DNA of 63,306 bases, counting the filler, from Klebsormidium nitens (lineage: Eukaryota; Plantae; Klebsormidiophyceae): the NCBI GenBank assembly GCA_000708835.1. It is 8 parts of 8 records of this genome, joined end to end, with 100 filler letters (N's around TTAATTAATTAA, not from the genome) between each part and the next. Parts side by side here need not be neighbours in the genome. Positions count along the whole stretch, not along the records: positions 26,924 to 43,653 come from DF237982.1; positions 43,754 to 51,212 come from DF238343.1; positions 51,313 to 53,385 come from DF238748.1; 5 more parts are not named here. One strand, given 5' to 3'. The first letter of the stretch is position 1. Every line of letters begins with the position of its first letter. The notes under the pieces are model-generated. The model was not told where the DNA came from and did not search any database. It was given only the letters and a program-made list of their open reading frames with translations. Of the stretch, positions 34,301 through 51,399 are shown in pieces. Position numbers and translations under genes: made by a program.

Positions 34301-34889
34301 TTTGTGATGACGCAGGGCACACTTTCCCCCTCCACCATGAATGTAAGTGCCCTTGTAGAATGCCAAAGGATTCCTTGCTGCTTGAGGAGCATGGCACCCA
34401 CTGGTTTGGGGTCTGCAATCATGTAATGGCTACCGGGCTCAACGAAGATTTGTTGATTACAAACCAACTAAAGGGCCCAACCGACGTAGCGAACTTACTT
34501 CCAGACGTTCCGATACACATGCAAGCAGAGGTTTCTTTGCCGCTTCTCTTTTCAAAGATCTCAGAAAAGAATGTGTATCAAGTAGAAAGCATGTGTAATG
34601 AGTGAAGTTTCCAAAAAGTCTGTTTGCTGGTCATACCGGCAAGCAAAGCCCACATCAAGACTTTTTACCACCACTCCATCAACAACGTCCAAATGAATGC
34701 TGAAAGCACCGTGCAGATTGCTCTCAAGAAGGACAGCAAGAAATGCCACACTTCCATGCCCGTGGTGGTGCACTTGCAAAGGCGCTGGAGTGCAAACCTT
34801 CCAAGAGCCGACAAGAACTGCTGCATCCCATTGCAGTATGTTGTCTTGCCCGAACCGGGAGGTCCAACGACAACCTGCCCAAACGGCAT
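31379..34889 (-). CDS. GPN2: GPN-loop GTPase 2 (QQT1-like); 8 exons, ~300 aa
   Basis: Exons 34889-34798, 34200-34001, 33782-33679, 33510-33354, 33133-33046, 32517-32445, 32059-31929, 31436-31379; total 903 nt. Motifs [55 protein letters not shown]. Confidence 0.93.
31437..31928 (-). other. U12-type (minor spliceosome) AT-AC intron of GPN2
   Basis: 5' site ATATCCTC, branch point TTCCTTGAC (31457-31449), and 3' AC 13 nt after the branch A; splicing restores [11 protein letters not shown]. Confidence 0.9.
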
Positions 34890-35433
34890 CTTGTCATTCT
34901 GGACTTTTCCACTTTAAAAAGCTCGACAGACAAAGTACGGCACACCGCCGCCCAAAGTTCTAGCGCTGCATTACAAGCTGGCTGCTGTACATTTGCGCAT
35001 GAGTGCACCAGAATGCTTCTTGCTAACCACCCTTCCCTGATTGGACCCGGCCTGCAGCTGCCCAGGGCCCTGGACCTGGAATACTAGGTAGGCCTGCAGA
35101 CTTGGTTCCTTGAAAGTTGAAACCATTTGAAACCTGCTCAGAGTCAGAGAGAGAGTCAAGGTTCAATCTCATGCATGCGTTTGCGCCCGCTTGCGCCCGC
35201 TTCTTCAACTTCTCCGCCTCATGCAGAGTCTTCCAGTTCGGGCCAGGGCAGTCGGTAGAACATCCCGGTTCACTTCGTACCTGAAACTGGCTGCGAAACC
35301 CAGTTCCGGGGAACGCCCAGTTTGAACCGGTAGCAACTTCACCACAGCGCAGCAAGGATATCTGCGTGATCCGCATCCTGCTTCGTCCTCTTTCCAATCG
35401 GCACAGGCCAGGGCAGCTGCCGCGCCTGCCGCC

Positions 35434-38383
35434 ATGAGTCACAGGAAGTTTGAGCACCCCCGTCATGGGTCCTTGGGGTTCCTGCCCAAGAAGAGGGCCA
35501 GAAGAATCAGGGGGAAGGGTAAGTAGCCGCCAGCAAGGGTGGGCGCTCGCACGAAGTGGCATCAATGCAAAGGGCTGTTGTTGGTTTGGCGGTTCACTGA
35601 GGGATAAGCAAGGTCAAGGCCCTATAATGAAGCATGGATTAGCAGGTGTGGGGGGGATATGTGTTGCCAACCGAGATGCTGGTTGAGCGTCTGGCCTGGT
35701 AATGGTACCATCTTCAAACGATAAGCGAAGGATGTGCACCTCCTTTGCTTTACTGCAATGCGTGTGTGGCAGTTCCACTCTGAAGGGGCCTTCAAGTTTG
35801 CCGTCTGCCCTGCAAAGGCTCCAATGGACTGGTGACTAAGATGAGCGTCGCTTTTGTTGCCTGCAGTGAAGTCCTGGGCTAAGGATGACCCCAGCAAGGC
35901 CCCGCAGCTCCAGGCCTTCCTGGGCTACAAGGCTGGCATGACGCACATCATGCGTGACGTGGACAAGCCGGGCTCAAGTGAGTATCGGGCGCCGACATCT
36001 TGGGCCTCTTTATCTATATTGAAAGTATATGCTGAAGTTTGGTGCGGGCGCTCATCTATGGCAGGAGGCCGGGTGCCATGTTTTGCTGCATCCACTTCGA
36101 TTTCTATGTCTATCCTATCAAACTGCAGACAGGAGTTATCTGAGCCGTAAGGCGCGTTTTCATCGCTGTATGCTTATGTGACCATTACCAGCAGGTTTCT
36201 TCCGGCCAGAACTATTTTAGGAGTTGGGATTGACATACTGCTGCCCCTTGCAGAGCTTCACAAGAAGGAGACCTGCGAGGCGGTGACCATTGTGGAGACT
36301 CCTCCCATGGTCATTGTCGGTGTCGTGGGCTACATCAAGACTCCTCGTGGCCTGCGCAGCCTGGCCACCGTGTGGGCGCAGCACCTGGACGAGAGCGTCA
36401 AGAGGCGCTTCTACAAGAGGTTCGGCCAGTCCAAGAAGAAGGCTTTCACCAAGTATGCCAAGAGCAAGTACGGCGAGGGGGAGGGCAAGAAGGGAGTTGA
36501 CTCTGACCTGGAGAGGATCAAGAAGTACTGCTCCGTGAGTACCATCCTTGTTGCTTGTGCTCGTAGTCTTTCATCTCAAAATAGTATCAACGAGATCATG
36601 GGTTTCAGTGACCATTACCACCGTAGGTTGCTAGCATCACTGTTGGCTTTCAAGAGTCTACCGGGTCCCGGAATCGTGAGCTGCTGACATAGGGTGTGCA
36701 GACGGGTTGCACTAATTTAGGAATGTTATTCTGGCCACCTTCAGCAAAGCCAGCCATCTGCGCTTCACTCCCAAGTCCTTGCGCGTCTGAGAGCTAGTAT
36801 TATGGTCCCCCCAGCAACCAGCAAATTGTCAAGTAGTTTAGGCTGATCAACAATCTTGGGTTGCAGGTCGTGCGTGTCCTGGCTCACACCCAGGTAAAGC
36901 TCATCAAGGGGATTGGGCAGAAGAAGGCGCACTTGATGGAGGTCCAGATCAACGGTGGCAGCGTGGCTGACAAGGTCGACTTCGCGGTCAAGTACTTTGA
37001 GAAGAAGGTCGGGGTTGACGCTGTGTTCAGCAAGGACGAGCAGATTGACATCATCGGCGTGACCAGGGGGCACGGGTACGAGGGTGTTGTGCACAGGTAA
37101 GCTGTCTGGCTGCTTCAGAATTGGATTGGGAGAAGTGCACTTTCTCACAGGATTGGATTGCTTGCTCTTAATTCTCTTCGGATGGGAATATTCTCTCTCT
37201 GACGAGAGCCCCATTTAATCAAGTTGCCCAGCTCTGGGTGTGAAGCAAACAGCAATAGCGCCCACAGCAATTGCGCATTGGAAATTTGCACCTCTTGGAG
37301 TTCATTCGTACCCTTCTGATCAATTGACTAATGACCGTGTCCTGCAAAAAATTCTTATGCTTTTTGTTGACCAACGTCTGGGCTGTGCTTGCAGGTGGGG
37401 TGTGACGCGGCTGCCTCGCAAGACCCATCGTGGTCTGCGGAAGGTTGCTTGCATCGGCGCCTGGCATCCTGCCCGTGTGGCCTTCTCAGTGGCGCGTGCT
37501 GGGCAGAACGGGTATCATCACAGGACAGAGGTCAACAAGAAGATCTACAGGATTGGCAAGGTAAGGCTTTCGGCATCCATGATTCGGTGTGGTTTGGCTG
37601 CCACAGAAAAGCCCTCACAAGTGAACCTGTCCCTATCCACAACGCTTGTCAGTGCTAGTGATTCTTGTAACTTTTTCCTGTGGTCGTCTTTCAAAAGTTG
37701 AGCCGACAAAGCAGTTTTACACAGCTCCTCCGTGCTGTGTCCTTTGCAGAAGGGTGAGGAGACCCACCTGGCCATGACCGACTTCGACCGGACCGAGAAG
37801 GACATCACCCCCATGGGCGGCTTTGCGCACTACGGGTCAGTCAACGAGGACTACCTGCTCCTCAAGGGCTGCGTGATGGGGCCCAAGAAGCGGGTCATCA
37901 CTCTCCGCAAGTCGCTGCTCCGACAGGTGAGGTTTTGGCTGAAGTGGACCGCAGAAGTGGACCGCACCCACAATTAAATTTGGGGACTGCTTCTTCTGTC
38001 TCTCCGTTTGGGCTGTGATGCGGCCAATGAGACACTCACCACATGCCACTAACTCTCAGGAGTGCACCAAGGGGGGCTTTTGCATTCATCCTGTGTCCAC
38101 TATGCTTCATTTCGTTCGATCACCCTCCAGGCAGGTTGGCTTTGTGAGTCCGACCAAAAATTGAAGCTGTTGAATTGTGGTCATTTGTGCAAGCAAACAC
38201 AACTCATTATTATCCACAGAAGCAGGCACTCATCGGCAGAGCCTTTGTCCTGTGCAGGAGTCCCGGCGTGCTCTGGAGGAGATCAAGCTCAAGTTCATCG
38301 ACACATCGTCCAAGTTCGGGCACGGCCGCTTCCAGACCAGCGCCGAGAAGGCCAAGACCTTCGGCCGGGTCAAGTCGTCTTAG
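35434..38383 (+). CDS. RPL3: 60S ribosomal protein L3 (uL3); 7 exons, ~391 aa
   Basis: [18 protein letters not shown] start; exons 35434-35518, 35867-35977, 36254-36534, 36867-37096, 37395-37560, 37750-37926, 38258-38383; total 1176 nt. Motifs [20 protein letters not shown] and [15 protein letters not shown]. Confidence 0.98.
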
Positions 38384-39487
38384 ACGTTTGGGCACGGTTT
38401 GGGCGGAAGGCAGGCACGTTCCAGGGTCTGTGGTTGGCAAGGCTAGAGGGTCAGGCAGGAGAGGAGCAGGGACTGTCAGGGCAAGCAAAGCCAGCCACAG
38501 GGCCTCAGCTGGCTTGGGCCGCTGCGAGGCGAAGCTGCTTCGGCACTTCCTTTGCATGCCCTCTGCTGCTCTGCAGACAATTCATGATGGGGGGCCGTAC
38601 TTTTATGAATGGGGGTTGTCTTCTGGTGCATGCTTCTTGTTGGCACTTGCATCCAATCTGTTCTGAAATGCTTCATGGCGGCCACAATGCCCGCGTCTAT
38701 AGCTGGAAAACGAAGGCGAATCTTCATGCATGCAGTAAATGACGTCATGACAAGGCTCGTTGATACCTAACCATCTTGAACTCTGACGTGCAATGATTTC
38801 TGTTGTGCCTCCTGCTTCAGGAAGCATATAATTTGAACATATGATCGTATCCCGGACTACTTATATAAGAATTTACAGCCTTTAAATACAGAAGGATCAC
38901 AGAGTCGACCATTAGGTAGGTATATAATTGCTTATACGACCATGTGTATGCCATTGAAGCCTTACACAGCATTTTGATACAGAAAATCATTATTAAATAG
39001 TGCTCTGTCCTCAGTTAAACTGGCAAAGCTCCAAAAATTCATGCAACTTGGCGCTTATAGGTTTTTGGAAGTAACAGGTGCATGCAGGCTAGCCACCAGT
39101 CGCTCCCGTCTCCCAAGCCCGCCACGCGATTGTGAACCATGAGCACAAGATTTGAATGAAGCGCATGACTCGATTCAACATGATACTATTATACCTCCAT
39201 GTACTTGCTGGCCATGCATGGGCCCGTGACAATCGCCAAATGTTTGTACCTCCTGAAAAGTCCTCGACTACAAGTGTTAGCAAAGGGGAACGTTACGAAA
39301 GAAAATCTCATCCAACTTACATTGTTCATGAAAGACACTACTATACACGTCACCACAGAGCACCTATCAGCACAAGAATCAGCCCAAGTGCTACTTTACC
39401 AGTAATGGAAGCTGAAATATATCGAATACAAAAATCTTGCTAGGGATCGTATACCCTTTCAATCTGCAATCTTTGACATCCGCGGGA

Positions 39488-43466
<3,979 letters not shown>

Positions 43467-44076
43467 TGAACCCGTCCCTCGTCCGCAGATACTGCCAGCC
43501 ACAGCTCGTCCTACCGTGAAATGGGCAGAGGCTTCAATCACGAGTCACGACTGCTCATACAGCGATCACACATGATCGCAAACATTTCCGTCCATCGACA
43601 GGTTCGGACGGCTGTTTGGCCGGAAAGGGTCCGGTTGATCACACATCAAATCTNNNNNNNNNNNNNNNNNNNNNNNNNNNNNNNNNNNNNNNNNNNNTTA
43701 ATTAATTAANNNNNNNNNNNNNNNNNNNNNNNNNNNNNNNNNNNNNNNNNNNNGCCGAGAGCAAGGACACGCAGCACACAAGCAGCTGATGTAGCCTACG
43801 CACAAGGCAATCGATCGCAAACACGCAGTCACCCAGGTCCAAGCACAAGAACCTCGCTTACCTGCAGAAGTGTGTAGGGCGAGAGGGACGTCTCTTGTCC
43901 AGGCTGCTCCCCTGTATACTTGGCGGCAGGAAAGGGTCGTTGTGGGACAGGTCGTGTGTCGGCGGTCGTTGTATGTGTCGTCAGGAGCGTCGTTCAGCGA
44001 AGGCAGGTGTGGGGCGCATACGTCGTGCAGCGTGTAGGTGTGCGCCAGCAGGGTGCTGCAAAAACAACGTCAGCAG

Positions 44077-45805
44077 AAACGGGTGGCCAACCCAGGGTTA
44101 AGCCGCTTTACTGTGCTTAAAGTTTTTAAATGTTTGCTGTGTCAGCTTTGCTACAAGCTACTCGCGCTTGAAGCAGAATTGACGTAGCGTTCTTTGCAAA
44201 ATTGACGACGACACAAATCAGCTGACAGCAACGAAAACCAGCTGTGCAACCCGCTGCGCGGCTCTGAAAGAAGCAGTACCAATGCAAAATCAGCTGCGCC
44301 CTCTGTGGCACACCTCTGATTCAGCTGTCAGCAAGGCAAACCAGCTGCACCCTCTGTGACGAGCTCACAACCAGCTTGTCAGCAGCACAAACCAGCTGCA
44401 CTCTCAAGCGCAGCTCTAAATAACCTGTCAGCGGTGCAAAATCAGCTGCGCTGCGCTCTAAACTGCCTGTCGAACAACACGAATCAGTTGCGCTGAGCGC
44501 TAAACAACCTGATCAATGTGCAAACCGGCCTGCAATTTGCTGAACGTTTCTGCACGTAACCTGTCGATGCACAACCAGCCTGCAGTCTGCTGTCCACGAG
44601 CAACTCACGCTGTCTAAACTGCCAACCCGACAAGAAAACTTGCTGCCTTCACGACCAACAACTTGCCGAGCATGCAAACCAGTCTGAAATGCTGACAGCC
44701 TGTCAATCCGACGCTACGTTTATTTTAAAAACAACTTGCAACAATACAATTCAGCCTGGCTGCAGACCTGGCGCATACTCAAGCAATTCTGACGTTCAAT
44801 GCCAATCAGCAATACAATGCTAAAATGATCNNNNNNNNNNNNNNNNNNNNAGCGGGAGGGGCTGGGTCCTCCTCAGGAGCGTCTTCAAGCTCCTCGTCTT
44901 CCGGCGCCGGGGCTTCGGGCACTGGGGGCTCCAAGGGTGGAGCTTCGTCCTCCGACGCGCTGTAGCTAAGCTCGTCGTCCGGGTGGGCCATCTAAAACAC
45001 AAGCGGGTGGCGAACCCATGGTTTAGCCGATTTGTTTTGGTTCTAAAGTTAATTGTCCGCTGTGCCAACTTTGCTGTAAGCTACTCGAGCCTGCAGCGAA
45101 TTGACGTAGCGTTTTCGTAAAACTGACGACGACACGAATCAGCTGACAGCAACGAAAACTAGCTGTGCAACCCGCTGCGCGGCTCTGAAAGAAGCAGTAC
45201 CAATGCAAATCAGCTGCGCCCTCTGTGATGCAACTCAGAAACGAGCTAACAATTGCTGCAAAATCAGCTGCGCCCTCTGTGGCACACCTCTGATTCAGCT
45301 GTCAGCAAGGCAAACCAGCTGCACCCTCTGTGACAAGCTCACAACCAGCTTGTCAGCAGCACAAACCAGCTGCACTCTCAAGCGCAGCTCTAAATAACCT
45401 GTCAGCGGTGCAAAATCAGCTGCGCTGCGCTCTAAACTGCCTGTCGAACAAAACGAATCAGTCGCGCTGAGCGCTAAACAACCTGATCAATGTGCAAACC
45501 GGCCTGCAATTTGCTGAACGTTTCTGCACGTAACCTGTCGATGCACAACCAGCCTGCAGTCTGCTGTCCACGAGCAACTCACGCTGTCGACACTGCCAAC
45601 CCGACAAGAAAACTTGCTGCCTTCACGACCAACAACTTGCCGAGCATGCAAACCAGTCTGAAATGCTGACAGCCTGTCAATCCGACGCTACGTTTATTTT
45701 AAAAACAACTTGCAACAATACAATTCAGCCTGGCTGCAGACTTGGCGCATACTCAAGCAATTCTGACGTTCAATGCCAATCAGCAATACAATGCTGAAAT
45801 GATCC
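44077..45805. repeat. Two ~750-800 bp direct repeats (44077-44830, 45000-45805) with internal AA(T/C)CAGCTGC subrepeats
   Basis: The copies are nearly identical from about 44270/45255 onward and more diverged at their left ends; they are separated by a 20-N gap and a short acidic Pro-rich coding-like segment (44991-44851, - strand). Confidence 0.85.
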
Positions 45806-47329
45806 TGACGCCACTGCTAATCAGCCTAGCAATGGTGCCACTCTGCGCTATCCTGCCAACAGCGCATGCAATCCTAAAACGATGTCACAATGTAGCGCTT
45901 ATGCTACCCACGGCAATGCCAAGCAATGACAATGCGATACAATGCCACCAAAGCAATAGAAGCTCAAACAATGCTATACAATGCCATACAAACAATGCAA
46001 GCAATGCCGCTCTTAGAGGGCAGCCCTCTCGGGACTGCCCCGCAATTCTGCTCCTATGCTACAGTATCCTCTGCAGCCCTGCTCTCGGNNNNNNNNNNNN
46101 NNNNNNNNNNNNNNNNNNNNNNNNNNNNNNNNNNNNNNNNNNNNNNNNNNNNNNNNNNNNNNNNNNNNNNNNNNNNNNNNNNNNNNNNNNNNNNNNNNNN
46201 NNNNNNNNNNNNNNNNNNNNNNNNNNNNNNNNNNNNNNNNNNNNNNNNNNNNNNNNNNNNNNNNNNNNNNNNNNNNNNNNNNNNNNNNNNNNNNNNNNNN
46301 NNNNNNNNNNNNNNNNNNNNNNNNNNNNNNNNNNNNNNNNNNNNNNNNNNNNNNNNNNNNNNNNNNNNNNNNNNNNNNNNNNNNNNNNNNNNNNNNNNNN
46401 NNNNNNNNNNNNNNNNNNNNNNNNNNNNNNNNNNNNNNNNNNNNNNNNNNNNNNNNNNNNNNNNNNNNNNNNNNNNNNNNNNNNNNNNNNNNNNNNNNNN
46501 NNNNNNNNNNNNNNNNNNNNNNNNNNNNNNNNNNNNNNNNNNNNNNNNNNNNNNNNNNNNNNNNNNNNNNNNNNNNNNNNNNNNNNNNNNNNNNNNNNNN
46601 NNNNNNNNNNNNNNNNNNNNNNNNNNNNNNNNNNNNNNNNNNNNNNNNNNNNNNNNNNNNNNNNNNNNNNNNNNNNNNNNNNNNNNNNNNNNNNNNNNNN
46701 NNNNNNNNNNNNNNNNNNNNNNNNNNNNNNNNNNNNNNNNNNNNNNNNNNNNNNNNNNNNNNNNNNNNNNNNNNNNNNNNNNNNNNNNNNNNNNNNNNNN
46801 NNNNNNNNNNNNNNNNNNNNNNNNNNNNNNNNNNNNNNNNNNNNNNNNNNNNNNNNNNNNNNNNNNNNNNNNNNNNNNNTCTGTGACGCTAGAAATGAGC
46901 GCAACTACCCTATAGGTCGTCGATCTTGGTCCTCTGAGATACTTGGACGATCTTGGACGTCGAAGGAGCATGCGAAGTCGAAAGGTATCCCCCTTGAGGG
47001 GGTCAAAGGTTGCGCCATGCATTTAATGCGAATAATGCAAAGGGGCCAAAATGCATGGACCCCAATAAACGAAGGGTCCAACATGAATAGGCTATGGCCG
47101 TGCATAGGCTATGAGCCTGTGGCGGCGGCGCGATGCGCGCACGCGCGCGCTCAGGACACGCTATTACCTCAATTAATATGTTCTTCTCCTCTCCCTCTCT
47201 CGTGGATTGGATTAGGACTTCCTAGGCCAGGAAGTCCTCCTCCAAAATGAACGCTCTGGGAAATGCCGTCCGGTAGTCATGCATGACCCCGATAAATCTG
47301 CATTCCCTGTACCATTGACCTGGCCCGAG

Positions 47330-50300
47330 AAGTTGGAACCGGGAGAGAGGGAGAGGATATCATCAACAATGTTGGCACACCCGCGCCTGGTATTGACCGA
47401 GTTCAATTTGAAGTTATACGAGTAATGCTATATCACAAACGTCTTAAGGAAACACAATTTCGAGGAAACTCTTCTTGAACTGGTCAATGGTATTATCGTC
47501 TCTAAATCCTCCCCTTCTGCGATGAAAAACGCGCTTTTTGTATTTATTCCAAAGGACGGCGATCCACTTTTACACACTAATTATCGTGGTATAGCTCTGC
47601 TATTATCCATCTACAAAATCGTGACAGGCGTGCTAAATGCAAGGCTCACAAAAACATTGCATGACCATGGGGGCATAGAAGTTAATCAAGGGGGAAACAA
47701 CAAGGGAGTAAATGCAGCACACAAAGCGGCGATTCTATTTGAACGTACGTGATATCTGACGCCCGTCATGAGCACAATCCGCTTCACATTATTTACACAG
47801 ATATCTAGAAAGCATTTTCCAGTACCCCCTATCAAGCATTCTATGACGCTCTTCAAGTGCTAGAAATAAACGAGGAGTTTATAGACCTGACTCAAGGATT
47901 CTCAAACGGACTTTTTCACCATGGCTAAAGGCCCAACCAGTTTATCTTGAAGTCCACAAAAAAAAGCTAGTTGGTGTGCATGAGGGTGATTGTCTAAGCC
48001 CAATCTTATTTTGCCTAGTGTATAGCAAGTGGGCAAACCATCAGAATATAGGTTACACAATGAATGCTCCAGCCAATACGTCTTTACAATCAATGAAGAT
48101 AGCAACCAATGCATACATGGACGACATGGCTATGTTTGGTGAATCGTTTGTACATGTTCAGAGCTTTGTTGACATTTTTTGAACGATTCCTATCATACTA
48201 CGGTATGTCATTAAACAGCTTCAAGTGCGCATACCAATTTCGAGAATCCGACGATAATGTTCTATCTTGTCAACCACATACTAAGTGGAAGCTAAGTGGG
48301 GGAACAGTCCGATATATGGTCCGAAGCAAAGCTATAAATATATTGGTTATTTCGTAAACATCAGTCTCGATTTTGCAACTCAACATAAAGGGATGACTAA
48401 CAGATTGAACAAAGCTTGCCCCAATTTGTTCAGTGAGCATGGTTTGAACATTCATGAGAAGCTGTCACTTATGTGAACTCGGATCTTGCATCTGTGCTAC
48501 GCTATCGCATGCCATACCTTATTGCATTCCCTGATTCGTACTTGAAAACGTTTGATCACCGGCTTGCATCCGCTTTTAAACGCCTCGCACATCTTTCAAA
48601 GTCGACACCTACAGATATGCTCATAGAACAAGGTATGTTAATGTCTTCCAAATGCAAGGAATAATTCGAACCGAATTTTTGATGGGTGCCCTTGAATCAA
48701 TTGATGATTCTCAGTGCCGCCTGAGTTCACAGATCATGCATTCTCGTTTGACATTTGCAACAAATACGTTTGACGGTGTTTCGCCTTTCACAAAAATTGG
48801 TCTTGCGATGCACTCGGATCCGGACGAGGAAATACCCAAAGTTGAAAAGTCTCTTCCTCCCTTGTTTCGCGGGATCCGAGTACACTTGATCAAGACAAAT
48901 ACTTCAATCTTTACTTCTTTGTACAATATGATAGTCGTAGAATTGGAGATACGCTGATACCGCTTGCGTACAATGCTGTAATAAATCATGGAAAAACTTC
49001 CTTTAAAAGCTGCAGTCTTGATCGTATGAAAGTGCTCTTTGAAAGCCTTGATTATTTAATGTCTATGTCACTTGACGAAATATCCCCACTTTTTAGGACA
49101 AGATTCGACGGCTTGGAAACATGGGAATCTATGAAAGGTCTAAGCTACAAAGATCCGGATAACATGTTGGAAACATCTGGGGCCCCCAAGACGGCATAAG
49201 CTTCCGCGCGTTCAATGGTTCAATGATCACCAGGAATTCTACCTTTGTAGAAGTAAGCGTCATCCTCATTACTATGATTTGTCTTTGAAATTGGAAAGAC
49301 CGGCGCAGATCCGACCACAACAGGAGATCTAGTTTTGTCTGAGCAGCTTCCATCCACAAAGGCCACCGAAGCTGGTGCCCACGGAATGTTTTTCTAAGAT
49401 GCCCCATGCTCGTTTGGTTTCGATTTGATATTCGGGGTCACGCTGATGTGGTTGAAGCAACAGGAATACAAAGTGGGCAATAAGATCCGCAAGAAGGGTA
49501 GTGTACAGTTTAGAAAGAGGTGATTTGTTGTGTGGCTTGGTTAGAAAAGGAATGGGTTCAAATATTGCCTTGTATTGTTAATTGCAGACACCTTTAATTG
49601 TCCCATTGACAATCTACACAGACTGTCCAAAGCTAGTAAACGACATTCATCGTTTTCAAAAGCAACAACCAAGATCTCATGAGGTGACAAGAATGTCAAA
49701 CCGCTCAATCAATGTTACGGATTTTTCATGAGATTCAACTTTGAAATAGCACTACTCAAATACTGTATCTGCAAAATCATAAAAAGATGGGCAGTGCGCG
49801 AGTTAATCTGGCAAAACCATCTGAGGCTAAAATTTTTATCACCCTAGCAGACCAAGAAGCAAAATTGAGCCTTTCTATTAGAGGAGTTTCTATACCTGAG
49901 GAGACTATGTTTCATTGTAAGTCCCAACTACTCATTAATGCAATGCTTCCTCAACTCAGACACATTTGGCAGCCTCTGAAGAAAACAACCTATGGAAAAT
50001 GTACAGTAAGTTGTTTCGTGAATCATGTCAACATTACAACATCAGAGGAAAGTGGCATTTGTATATGCTATCACAAAACATTTGGCGGGAAGCATCATTT
50101 TCGATCCTCCATCATCGGCCCCGGAACAGGCATATTATGACTTGAATATGCCATATGCCAAGCCAAAAATGGGGCAATATGCCATATGCCATCTCGTTTT
50201 TTGACCGATATGCAATATGCCAACGGCATATTCTCAGAAAGCGCCCATTGAAAGCTTGTCGAAAGCCCGGTAGACCCCTATTTGTGGTCGGAAGTACCTT

Positions 50301-51030
50301 TGAGAACTGCACGGCGAGTCGTAACCGGGTGGTCTATTCCTATCTCATATCGAGAATTTCAGGCTGTTGATAAAAAGGGGAGAAAATTGGACATGGTTGA
50401 AGAGCATAACGGTATCATTGTGGATAATAAGGTCCTTTTTTGCGACTTTAGGCGAGATCAGGGTTATATTCGGCTTCTATATATAAGCGCTCCCGAATTG
50501 GAGAACCGGTCTCGGCCTGCTATCAGCATCTCAAAAGAGTTGATGTAATTAGCTTATAGAATATATGCGGCTGAGTTCTTTTACGAGTCTATCTAGGTGA
50601 ATATATAAGCAGTTTGCTTGTCAGCAAAAGTGGATATCTGCGGGCTATTCTGAGGCAATTCTGAACATATTCTGGGAGTATTCTGGCATATTGGCATATC
50701 TCAAACTGGATATGCCGTATGCCAAATCCGATTCCGCCCAATATGCCGTATGCCAAAGCCTTAAAATCCTCATAGACCACATGCCAATATGCCTGTTCCG
50801 GGGCCGATCCATCAGAAACGTGGGAAAGAATCGTTAAAAAAATTTATAATCCAATGCCTTGGTAGGACGCTCCCTACAAACCATCGATTTTAAATTTAAC
50901 TCATCCTACGTTATACCCTATCTGTAAATGCCAATTTTGTCAAGCAGACGACGATAATATTGAGCACGTGTTCTTTCAATGTCCACATTTATCATTGCTT
51001 CGACAAACAATCAAAGTGTAACGATTACGA
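47330..51030 (+). mobile_element. Decayed 5'-truncated LINE (RT, possible RNase H, C-terminal CCHC), interrupted by a MITE
   Basis: FIPKDGDP..NYRGIALL..YK; IYTDI.KAF; HEGDCLSPILF; AYMDDMAMF; YKYIG; a weak IYTD segment near 49610; after the MITE, GRTLPT and CQFCQADDDNIEHVFFQCP. Many stops and frameshifts. Confidence 0.85.
50117..50805 (+). mobile_element. Full-length MITE (~690 bp) with perfect 20-bp TIRs
   Basis: Left GGCCCCGGAACAGGCATATT (50117-50136); right AATATGCCTGTTCCGGGGCC (50786-50805); TATGCC-rich subterminal repeats; no convincing coding capacity. Confidence 0.92.
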
Positions 51031-51399
51031 CTGGTTAAGCCTAACCTCGTTCTCGACAGGATTTCGTTGACCGCGAGTTAGCGAAACGGCGGTGGTTACG
51101 TCTTAACGACGCACTGCGTAGCTGTCTGCAAGACGGCGTAATATCCCGGATGGATCGGCTTCAGTGAACCGATGTCACCGTTCAGGATAAGTTGTGTTCG
51201 GCCTCGCCGTTCNNNNNNNNNNNNNNNNNNNNNNNNNNNNNNNNNNNNNNNNNNNNTTAATTAATTAANNNNNNNNNNNNNNNNNNNNNNNNNNNNNNNN
51301 NNNNNNNNNNNNTAGGTCAGGCTCTTATTCTGTTGGCTAGGATGATGCTGACGTCAGCGCGAGGGACGGCTCAGCGGGGCTCGGTGGTTCGGCCTCCGG

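Noticed and set aside
35519-38257. Intron-encoded snoRNAs in RPL3 (as in vertebrates)
   Set aside because: No convincing C box/D box pair with a terminal stem was seen by eye; a snoRNA scan would be needed to exclude them.
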